Source: Cercozoa sp. M6MM (taxonomy: Eukaryota; Protista; Endomyxa: Ascetosporea). Taken from it: a stretch of 49,797 bases of DNA. Location of the stretch: the NCBI GenBank assembly GCA_040357565.1, contig JBDODJ010000078.1, one strand, 5' to 3'. Below the pieces are notes generated by a model. That model saw nothing but the letters and a program-made list of their open reading frames with translations, did not search any database and was not told the origin of the DNA. Every line of letters begins with the position of its first letter. The first letter of the stretch is position 1. The translations under genes and the position numbers were made by a program. Below are positions 34,691 through 45,297 of this stretch, piece by piece.

Positions 34691-36201
34691 ATGTCAGGAG
34701 TCGATCTGTTAGGCTTCGGTCAGGGTACGATCTCGTGCTGATGTTGTTTGACCCTGGCCCGTTGAAGCGGCCCTGCGGTGTACAGATGCGTTTGAGTTCC
34801 CCGACGCGGCCGATCTGAGCGAGGACAGCGGTTCCGACGAGGACGAGGACCTGGAGCCGGCGCTGAAGAAGCGACGTATCGAGGATGAGGTCGACCGCTC
34901 GCTGAGTTTTGCGAAACTGCAGGACGCCGTTTCTTTAGAAGGTGCTTTCTCGCTTGCTATCAGTACTTGTTCTTGTACTGGTCTGTCAGACTACCTGTCG
35001 ATGTCTACAATGCGTAAAGCTTTATTTTTTTGTGTCTTTTATCTTGTATTTATTAGACGAAAGCGACGCTTCGGACGGCGGAGTGAAATCGGCGGACGAG
35101 TTTGAAGTCGAAGATTTGCTCGAAGTTTCGGTGTGTCACTTCTTTTGTTTCTGCTGCTTTGTGGAAGAGAGAGTTTCGAAGTTCATTCAACAGTTTAAAA
35201 CTCAGCGAGCTGTCGACCTTATCCTCGGTATGCGCTTCTTCAGCGCCAGCTCGCTGAGTTTTGTGAAACTTTTGGATGAACTGTCGACCGCTCGCTGAGT
35301 TTCTGCTTGTGTGTGTTGACTGTTCTGCTATTGCTTGTGTTGACTCCTGACTGTTGATTGTTGTGACTGTTGACTGTTAATTGTCCTGACTGTGAACTGG
35401 GTGACTGCTGGAATAACAGGACATTGAGGAGGAGGAAGAGGAAAAAGAGAGAGCCGACAAGAACGACAGAGACAGGGAGGATCACAAGGAGGAAGAGGAC
35501 GACGAGGTCGAACGGGAGGCACTCCGCCTGCGGCAGGCACTGCGCTCGCTGTCCGAGGAAGTGGACGGACCCTCCGAGGCCGAGCGGCAGCAGATGCGCG
35601 CCGAGAGTCAGACACTGGCGCGCAACGCCAAGCGACGCCGCCTCGAGGAGGAGGAGGAGATCCTTATCAAGCACGCGGAACAGCAGTCCGTACTTCGCGC
35701 TTCTTTTCTCCTCTCGTTCTTTCGTAATCTTTGCTGCTGTGTGTTCGGTGCCTTCTGCAGGGCAAACTGGAGCCTGGTGCCCTGTGGGTACCACGCCTTT
35801 GTTTCTTCAGCTTTGTTCGATCGTTCTACCTATGCGCACGTCGTGTTCAGGTGGTAGTGCAGTTCCCGAAAGAGCTGGCACGCTCACTCAAGATCAAGAA
35901 TCAAGGCAAAATCACCGTCAAGTATCGCGAGGTGTGTTTCGTTTCTGTCTTCTGCGCGTTTTGCTCCTCCCGAATTCACAACTTGGATAGACACAACCTA
36001 TGGCGGATCTGTACAATTTATTGCGGAGAAAAGTCGGTCGGGACGACGTGAAACTCGTCTTTGAAGGTGATCGGGTCACGGAAAAGGTACGTTGTTCCTC
36101 GTTTCGTTTCATCATGGTCAGACGTCCTGTGTCGCTCGCAGTGCACCCCCGCCTCGCTGGACATGGAAAGTGAGGACATTGTGGACCTTAGAGTTTCTTA
36201 G
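34691..36201 (+). CDS. Acidic nuclear protein with a C-terminal SUMO-like domain (Rad60/Esc2/NIP45-like)
   Basis: Disordered acidic N-terminus with NLS PALKKRR; C-terminus ITVKYRE-TQPMADLYNLL...VKLVFEGDRVTEK-CTPASLDMESEDIVDLRVS*, with no terminal GG. Confidence 0.75.
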
Positions 36202-36427
36202 TTTCTTAGTCGAGTTTGGTTCGGTTCGCTAAGCCTGAATCCCGTCCATGATCAACTTTCGGCCCGTACGTGTCACCCGACCTGAGTCGTGTGCAGTGCG
36301 GGTGGCGTTTCTTCAACTTGGCGCTACGTTGCCGAGCGTTTCTCGCCCGTAGTCAGCGGTCATCGGTCAGTCGCACTCGACCATTCACAGTTCCACGCGC
36401 CTGTGTGACTCGGCGCCAACCGGGACA

Positions 36428-39400
36428 ATGCACGATCTTCTGAGCCGATTCTCGCGAGCTTTAGCGAACGGCGAGCCGTTTGCTTTCGGTGATCGCGTTG
36501 AGGTGAGCTTCGCGACGTTTTCGTCCGTATCGAAGGCGTTTGACCGTCTGCGCGAGGAGAATGACGAAGTTGTCGACACTGGGAGTCCCACCGAGTCCGA
36601 GGAAGAACAAGCTCCCTTGTCAGTCACAAGCGACTTCTCCTCGGTCGAGGAAGACTCCGACGACGATTTCGGCGCTCTCGCATTGAGTGTACAATTACAA
36701 GGAGCGACTACGTTAGCAGAGAGCGAGCAAACCGACTTGTTCGACAAAAGTCGCTACTTGGATCCCACTTGTATCAGCAACCGAACATCTCTTTTGCGGA
36801 CCTTTCAGGAGCCTTTCGATTGTTCTGTATGCGTAGTGGCGACTGAGCGTGAAGAAGCGCAGCGAATGTCTCCGCAGTCATCCTCGCACTCGCTGTCTCT
36901 CGACTCGTCCAACAACACCAAGGTGCGTCTGCTGCGGTACGACGCGGCACACCTCGATGTGACGCCCAAGAACGTGTCCCGTGCCAAGCTCACCGACAGT
37001 GCGAAACGGCACCGCCGTGTCTCCTTCCTGGCACGTGTCGACGGGGCCATACGCCGCCTGTCGCTGTCCGACACGTCGCGCAAGCAGCGTCACGAGATCA
37101 TCCACCTGGCGGCATCCGACGAGGAGTCGCTCGACTCGGCCAGCACGGCGGCGGCCTCGTCGTTCGCGACGCCGCACAGTCCTCGGCGAAAGAGACGAAT
37201 CCAGCTGACTCGCGAGAAGGAAACGGTTGCCAAAACGCCTCACCGCACGAAGCGCTCGATTGATCTCGACGAGGCCTTGCGTTTGGCCAACGACAGCTTG
37301 CAGCGTCGACTGAAACGTCTGCGTGCCTCGGAGGTTCTGGTAATGGCATCATCGCCGCATCTGTCTCGTGCACTACTCAGTGCTATGTCTTTCCTGCAGC
37401 TTACAGCGGCCTTGGTGCTGTGCCTGGCTTTCGGGAGTGTACTGGCGCTGGCTGCGAGAACAATGTTTAATCAGAACGCCCTCCGTCTCGCCGTGGCATC
37501 GCCGGCCATGTTGATGCAGGCTATCACGGTCTCCTACGCTTTGACGGCACTGGACTTACGACTGGTGTCCTGGCAGACACCGATCGCTTTCCTGGACAGC
37601 GATGCCGGTGTTGACGAAGCCTTTGGCAATGCGACGTGTAACCTCACCGAAACCGTCTCTGCTCTGGAGCAGGCGCATTCCTGGGTCCCGCAGACACTTT
37701 CGCTCATGGACGCGCAACTCAGCAAGTCGCTGTCCCAGGTGGCCGTCTCTCTGAATTGCGTGCAGACTTCGGCCACAGAGTGGATGCACACGCGTATTGC
37801 CGACGGCAATGTCACCTACTCTGACGTTCGCACTGTGCTTGCACTGCCCGAGATGGCTATCTCTCAAATCGACGCGACACAATTGTCGGGCGCGGCGACA
37901 ATGACCGTGTTGGAACGAGTATGCACACACCCTATCTTAAATTTAACTGCCCAGTGGCGTTTTAACTGAGAGCACTTTTTAATTCTTATGTGGGCGTGTG
38001 GATCTAGAGAATGCGGCAGTACTCGGTGTTGCAGTTCATCGAGGTGTGCGCCGTGCTGGCGACGTGCTGGGTCGGGGCAGGTCTCCTTCTGTGGCACTAT
38101 CTGGCAGCACGCGCCGCTTCCACTCGACTGAGCAACACCGTGTTGAGAGCACAGACGGCGATGAAGCGACTGGTGTCGAATGGAGAGGTTTCGCTGGACA
38201 GGACCATTATTACGGGCTCTGTCGCCGAAGCAGTGGCACGAGAGTCGGCCAATTCGAAGGTTTCCTCCAAGCACAAAAAGACAGACAGTCTCGGCATGTT
38301 CTTCGCCGCGAAAGCTGCCAAGGAGCTCACTCGGTCCCGCACGATAAAATCCGACTCCACTCAGAAAGACTCCTTGTTCGACACACTGGCCGAATCGAAA
38401 GTCACCTACCCCGAATTTCGCAACTATGGTATGTTCATGTCTCAGATTGTAAAATAGAAACCGTTTTGATGCCTATCTGCAGGAGGTTTTGCCAAGAGAA
38501 ACCATCCTCTACAAAAGACGAAACACCGCTACGCGTTGCAGTCGCTCGAGTCGGCCAACACGTGCAGCGACACGATGATGCTGCAGCAAGAGGAGGTCAG
38601 CGACGGTGAATCCACCGATGACCTGGTGATTGAAAAGCCACTCCTGGACTCTGTCAGCATAGTGGCCGATGTCGACAAAAGCAGCATCGACACACAGGAA
38701 CGCGCGGCGTCGTCGCAACAAAGAACGCGTCGACGCAAGTGCCGCGACCTCGGTTCCGACGCTGCCGAAACGCGTGCTTCGAGCCTCAGCAACGTTCTCG
38801 GCCTTGCTCGCGATGGCAGGCTTTGCCTCCATGGCACGCTCCGTGGTGGTACTTCACAAAGGCAGCGCCTTCCGCAGCGCCCTCGAAACAACGCAGCAGG
38901 CGCTGCTGCAAGCCCGCGAAGTCGAGGGCTCGATCGAGTCGCTTCTGTCGGCAGCGCGCACGAGGCACTCTGTGCCCGCCGTGGCCACTGGAGCTGCCAA
39001 CCTGGCCTCGGCATCGCCTGGAAGCAACACCACCGCATCGGTAACTCCGTACGATGAGGAACTCGAACTGACAGACAGTGTGACCAGCTCGCTCTTTGCC
39101 GAGTATGCCGAACTGTCGGCAATCGGGACCACTGGCAACGAGGCCTACTGGACGCTGCGCGAAGGTTCATTGGCATACCTGTCCGATAGCGAAGACATTG
39201 ACCTGCGCGTTATGATGTACGACATGACCTACACCTCAGTCGACAAAAGCAGTGTCGGTTCGCTCGATCTTACGGTAAGTAACTACTGTGTACCAACAGA
39301 CCTCTCGATTTATCTGTTGTATCAACAGGAGCATGTGCGAAAGGAAGTGGTAAAGCCTCTGCAGGACATGATCAGCGACACCAAGAACACGCTCAACGCC

Positions 39401-40584
39401 GAACTGGCAGTGTCGGCGTGCCTGTGCTTGTCGCTGCTGCTGGCATTGTTGTTCTCGACGGCACTGGCAGTTCGCGTCGATCGCTTCAACGAGGCCAGCA
39501 AGACACTCGAACTGCGCAATCAAACCTGGACTCTCGATCGAATGCTTGGTGCATTTGCAATAAGTGAAATGCATGATTTGAACATGTTCTTAAAATATGT
39601 ATTCCTCTGAGAAGGTACGGAAACATGCCGCCAGCTCCTGTACCAGCACGCATGCAAACGCTTCTGCGAAGAAAACCTCTTTGTAGGTCCATAAACACTG
39701 ATGCAGTATGGCAACCAAAAAACATCGTGTCCTGCAGTGGGTGATTGCGTGGCGCTCCGTGTTAATTCACTGCTCCTTCCCGACTCTTCAGAAAGTGCTC
39801 AAGCTACCCTTCGAGGGACAGTCGGTCATCTCGTACTACGGGACCCGGTACAACGCAAGAGGAGCGCCACCAGACGATGCCACGGGCATGTACACGGACG
39901 GCAAGCCTCTTCAAGGCGGCATTCCTCTCGCAACGGCCAAACTCCTGGCCGACACGTTTTTGAAGGAGGACGCGCCATTCCAAGTCAACATCTCGGCCAG
40001 TGCGAGGTGCAATCATATATGCTGTCTGTACAGACAGATGTGTCTGTCATCTAACTGTATGCAATCCTTGCCTTTGGACAGAACGGCAGCTCTCGCAATT
40101 TTGACTCGCGACTTGCGCTCCGCAAAGCAACAACTGCGAGAGACCAACTCTGATGAGACGGTGTGTTTTGTTAACTGTATTACCTAGTGCCGTATGTGCG
40201 TGTTTATTGTGTGGAGTACGTACACCCACAGTGGGCCTCCTTGCAATTCACTCTGCTGTGCGACCGAGTCATCGACTCTGAGGTGCGCGGACTGGCGCAA
40301 CTCAACATGTAAGATCGGGACTTGCTTAAGCTGGGACACTGATCGTCAACACTGACATATGCATATTTCCTGCCGATCTTCTGAGCGCAGAATTACGCCT
40401 TTTCTACTATCGGACGACTTTCAGAAGGTGGTTTTGCTTACAATTTACACGACAGTTGTTTTTGTAAACTTAAAGCAAGGTTGTGCTTTTGCAGTTCATT
40501 TCGACGCGCAGCGAATCGCTCTCAGAGCGTGCAGAGATCTTGCGTCAAGTGGTCACTTCCACCGCGGCAGACGCTACCTTCTAA
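36428..40584 (+). CDS. Multi-pass (about 4 TM) membrane protein with a C-terminal RGS domain
   Basis: Spliced C-terminus WTLDRML-EGTETCRQLLYQHACKRFCEENLF-WVIAW ... AKLLADTFLKEDAPFQVNISASAR ... EVRGLAQLN-IITPFLLSDDFQK; these junctions are in frame. Hydrophobic helices at about 37400-37460, 38020-38105, 38790-38855 and 39400-39475. Confidence 0.85.
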
Positions 40585-40626
40585 CGTAAATTTACGACAG
40601 TACAGAAATCGCATTCAGTTGCCACA

Positions 40627-42796
40627 TTAAACTTCGACTTGCAAAGCTCGGAGCATCTCCGATGGGTCCTGTGAACTTTCAACCAATGGAGAGGATTCAC
40701 CCGAGGGTTGTAAATTTACTGTACCTTAACAAACTGCGCAAACATGCGCTCGAAAAATACGCCATCGCCAACAAACTGCAGCACGAGGTCAGCTGTGTCT
40801 CCACACAGCAGCGAACTCATCGCAGTTTGCACCCGACTTCTTTGCTCCTGTGGGTCAATAGCCCATCACACACATACCGTATGATCGAACGCAACAGGAA
40901 CTGTGTTTACCGAGATGTGGCTGAACATGGGCCGGAGTGCCTCACGGTACACGAACTCAAGCGTCTTCAACGGACTTCGACTGATGTCATGCTGCCAGTT
41001 ATAGGCCAGGCACAGGGTACAGGCGAAAGCGAGTCGCGCGAAAGGCGTTTCTTCCTGTTCAATCAATTACACACGTCACATTTTCCGCTGCGTTTCTTCA
41101 AAGAAACTCTGGTCCGATAACGTTACATCCGCGCGGACAGTTCCGATCAGGTTTCGCAAAATGCCATAATCTCCGAGTTGCTAGCAGACAAAACAATCTC
41201 CGAGTTGCTCGTCTAGGAGAACTGAGTCGCCTGGCAAAACCAGAGGCTTGGAGCCCCAAGGCAGCTCGCGATCTTCGTGCGTTTCCCAGGCCAAAGTTAA
41301 GGCACTCGGGTGGCTACACGCCACATCGATCATTTTGGCCAGACACGCGGCGTGTACCCTGGCATCTTTGGACCCCTCCAACAGCACTGCACAGAAGGTG
41401 GATACCACAGGGGCCAACAAACGTGAGTGAAAATTAAACTTTACTGGCAAATGGCGGTACTCTGACAGAGAAAAGCAGCTGTGTCCTTGTACACCATGTT
41501 GTCCGCGAGGTACACTGCGACGTCACGCTGAGCGTAAAACCCCAGAGTCAACGGCTCAAGGAAGAAGCAAGTGTTTTCTGTTGCATGCAAAGGACAGATT
41601 CAAAGGGGACAGTATGCAGCCAGAGCAGCGTGTATATTTATTTACTGTTGGCCTTGGCGCCGCGATCAATCAGAGTTTGGCAGGTACGGACCCACTTCTT
41701 AGCCAGAGGCACTACCGTACATGGCAGGCAGGAGAACAAGCGCATATTTGCACAAACAGAAGAAACGTAAAGAGATGTGCGAAGTACGATCAACGAGCCG
41801 CTCATAGTTCTCGCAAGCGACCGAAGCGAGGCTCGTCATCATGGCTTCCTGCAGCACTGGCTACGAACAAGCTTAAGGTACAGTAGTTTTACAGTAAATT
41901 GACAGGTACTGCAGTAGCGTCAGTACCGAGTCCAGCAGATCAGCAGGCAGCAACGGCATCACTCCGATCAGCACCGAGAAGTGCATGCGAGCACAGCTTT
42001 CGCTGCGAAAGCTGTCGTCTGTCGCCAAAAGCAGCGATGCGATCGCGAGCATCACGACGTCGTTGGAGAAATGGTTCGGACATATCCATTTAGTCAGACC
42101 ATCGCACACCTGTCACAAAGTACATGTGAGCCTTCTGCAGTCACTCAAGTGAATGCAAGACAACATGGTCACACCTTGGCTATCGCGGCGAGTTTTCGCT
42201 CTTCCTTCGCTTTTCACTAATTGACCAAACTTGGCGCGCAGTTTCTCGAACTCTTCAGCCGTAGTGCTGCGCACAAGAGCTGTCAAACTAACAAACGTTA
42301 CTTGTCAGATATTCCAGCCCACAATCCACAGCGAAAAAGAAAAGAATAAGCAATAGTAACGAGTTTACGAGTTTGGCTCTGCGCACTTCGAGAAAGAAGT
42401 TCATGCAGCAACGACACAGCCGCCATGAGGTCCTTCTCGGTGTCGCTCTCGGAGTCAGTGCTGCCAGTGGGCTCGAAACTGACCAGCTGGTGCATCACAT
42501 AAGCCAGCAATCGTAGCAGCGCCGGCTCTGAGTTCTCCTGTGTCAACAACGGCGACACGTCGACTCTGCGCGAGACTGTGGACATGACGCGCCTAGAGTT
42601 GACAACAACACAGTTGTAAAGAGTTGTTCTAATTCAATTGTACTCACGTATTTTAAAAATTGACTTTAAACTTACTGTACCAAAACTGATGCTCGAAAGC
42701 ACTCACATTAGCGAGCTCGCTTGAGCCTGCTTGGACTACTTCTGCTTGTGCCAGTCGCTGCCAGAGTTGCGCCAGGTTGTACATGGTGAGCGCCAT
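40627..42796 (-). CDS. Uncharacterised alpha-helical (HEAT/ARM-like?) protein, multi-exon
   Basis: Series of Leu-rich helical exons (MALTMYNLAQLW..., PALLRLLAYVMHQLV, VVMLAIASLLLA) with GT-AG introns; no family recognised. Confidence 0.5.
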
Positions 42797-42936
42797 CGCG
42801 CCCTCCCGCCAAACTGTTGAGCGCTGCCGTGCCCTCAGTCTAATCACCGACAGATGAGCGGTATAAACGCAGAATTGCAGCTGAAAAAGCACTCTGTGCC
42901 TCTATGCTGTGCGAGCAACTGTGTGTGCTGTGCAGG

Positions 42937-43341
42937 ATGCGCGCGTGCCTGCCGCTCGTGCTCATCCTGCGCAACCGTCTGCGTTACGCGCTGGCGCGCC
43001 GTGAGGTGTCTTGCTTTTCTCAACCTTGTATGTGTCGCTTGAGTACTGTTCATGTGGTGTTTGTGTACAGGTGACTGCATCCTCATGAGCCGCAGCACGG
43101 CCGTCAAGGTCGACGGTGTGAAGCGCACTGACCCGCGCTACCCGGCCGGCTTCATGGACGTTGTGTCCATCGAGAAGACGGGCGAGAACTTCCGCCTGCT
43201 GTACGACGCCAGGGGCCGCTTCGTGCTCAAGGAGATCGACGAGAAGAGGCTGAGTTCAAGCTGCTGCGCGTCAAGAAGTACGCCAAGTCGGCCAAGGCCT
43301 ACGCTGGCAAGAACCCGCTCGCCAACGGCCAGGCCGCTTCC
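42937..43341 (+). pseudogene. RPS4: Internal fragment of 40S ribosomal protein S4 with a retained intron and two frameshifts
   Basis: MRACLPLVLILRNRLRYALARRE-intron-V...[40 protein letters not shown]; 1-nt losses near 43078 and 43247; both ends missing. Confidence 0.9.
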
Positions 43342-43568
43342 GCCGAATACCCGGACAGTCAGATTAAACGTACCGGTTCATGGCGCCGACCTTGCCCGTG
43401 GACCACTCGACGTCGTCGCCCGTGACGTCGAAACTCTCCTGCACGCCGTCCGTGCTCCACGTCGAGAAGGCCATCGGCACGGCGCGCGCCTCGCTCTGCG
43501 AGAAGCGCCAGTTCGACACGGCCACCGTCTCGTCCTGCATGGCCAGCGAGAACATGACCACGGCCTGC
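43342..43568 (-). pseudogene. Inverted copy of a class C GPCR exon fragment plus 32 nt of the following intron (matches 29618-29847)
   Basis: [52 protein letters not shown](D)[13 protein letters not shown] is near-identical at DNA level to the GPCR gene. Confidence 0.95.
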
Positions 43569-43756
43569 ATTCAATAAGTTTCTATCGTTTCAAACGCGGT
43601 CGAAGTGTCTTCGTTCCCGTCCGGTGCAGTACGAACGGAACATCGCATGCATGCACTGTCACGTAATGTTAACGTAAAAGCTGAACGAAAGCTATTTCAA
43701 GTTCGACGCGTCGGCTTCTTCTTGCGCTTTTTCTTCTTGCGCTCGTTCTTCGTGTC

Positions 43757-45259
43757 CTAATCACGGCCAGCTGCAGTCGCCTCAGGCTGTTTTGAAGTAA
43801 TCGCCCAGCTCAGACGACGAGAACTTCCGGCAGCAATCGAGTCAAAGGCCCAGCTATGTAAAACAGAGCATTCGAACCATGTTTGATGACGTACAGATAC
43901 TGGCTTACTTTGCGTGCAGCACAGGGATACGAGCACTAACAGCGTGCTTAACGATGACGTGATCCAAGTCAGCACCCTCGCCGACAAGCTAGAAGTAACA
44001 GGTCATTTATAGCACGCATGACTGCGAGTAAAATTTACCAACGCGTCACACTGCAAGTCGAAATCATCGAGGGTGACACCAATACTTCCGAGTTTGACTC
44101 GAAGCTCGTCCCATGGCATCCTGCTTAGATGTGACTTTGACGCACTCGGGCACAACATTAATTTATTGTCTTACGCTGGTTTTCCGATGAAGGCAAGTTT
44201 CAGCTCTGATTTCGGGCGTTCGGAAGGCTCATCTTGCTGCTTAGTAAAATACATGCGATAGTTCACTGCCATGAAACGAGTACCTCTTCATCGGCGACAA
44301 CTTCACCAACCTAGAAAATTCATTTAACACCAAGAATTCCGAGTCACATCTGATGTGTTTAGCAGATATTCAAATACATTTAGCTTGTAGACGAGAAGTG
44401 CTGGCGTGCGCCACGTCATGCTGAAGTGCCTGGCGGCGCTGGACGTGGTTTTACGCTTGCGGGTTTGAAACTTTGCGGGTTTTCGCTTGCGGGTTCGCAA
44501 CTTGTGGCTGTTGCAAGAGGTAGGCTCAAACAGCGCCCAAGCAAGAGGCTGATTGGAGATAGGCGGTTCCTTGGGAACGCGCACACAGGTCACAAAGCGG
44601 CCGTTTTCCAGTTGTTGCTCCGACCACTCGAGAGCAGCCTTTTTTTGGTCAGCCACATGCGAGATCACTGAGTGAAGCTCGTACTGCTCCACCTTATCCG
44701 AAGAAGTGCCGGAGCCTGTACGGTAACCTTCAGAGTTTACATCAACGACACGAAGTCAAGTTACCTGGAAGAGATATCACCGTCGACACAAACGACTTGC
44801 GGCTCCAGTGCTTTTTGTCCTCCGGAGCGAAGTTTGGGTCGACCAGCAGCACTTTTGGCAACGGGCGCTTGTCAACAAGCGTCGCTTGCAACAACTAAAT
44901 TTATGACACAATGATGTACAGTATACGCATATTGTTATTAAACAAAAACGTACACTTTGCACAGTGTCAGTATCCTCAAAAATCGCACCGTCTTCGCGCA
45001 GCTTCAAGAACAACAGGTCACTCTGCTTTGGCAAAAGACTTCTCACCGACTCCGAAACCAGTGCCACCGAGTGCTTCGACAGTTCCTCGATAAACGTCAA
45101 CGCATTTTGGAGCAAACTTTGGCCAAGATCCTTGGCTTTCTGCGGCAGTGCGGATTCTTCAAGAATCAACTGTAGTTTCTCCTCGTCGGAAGCACAGCCT
45201 TCCAGCATTTCATAAATCGCTTTCGGACTGCAGAGTGCGACCCGGATCGCCGGAGTCTG

Positions 45260-45297
<38 letters not shown>

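Noticed and set aside
43600-43660. Imperfect hairpin as a Helitron 3' end for the chimeric island
   Set aside because: No CTRR terminus at the expected distance and no identifiable 5' TC end or TIR pair.
43052-43666. 204-aa ORF as a functional RPS4 fusion protein
   Set aside because: It starts inside an intron, leaves the RPS4 frame at a frameshift and runs through the antisense GPCR fragment.
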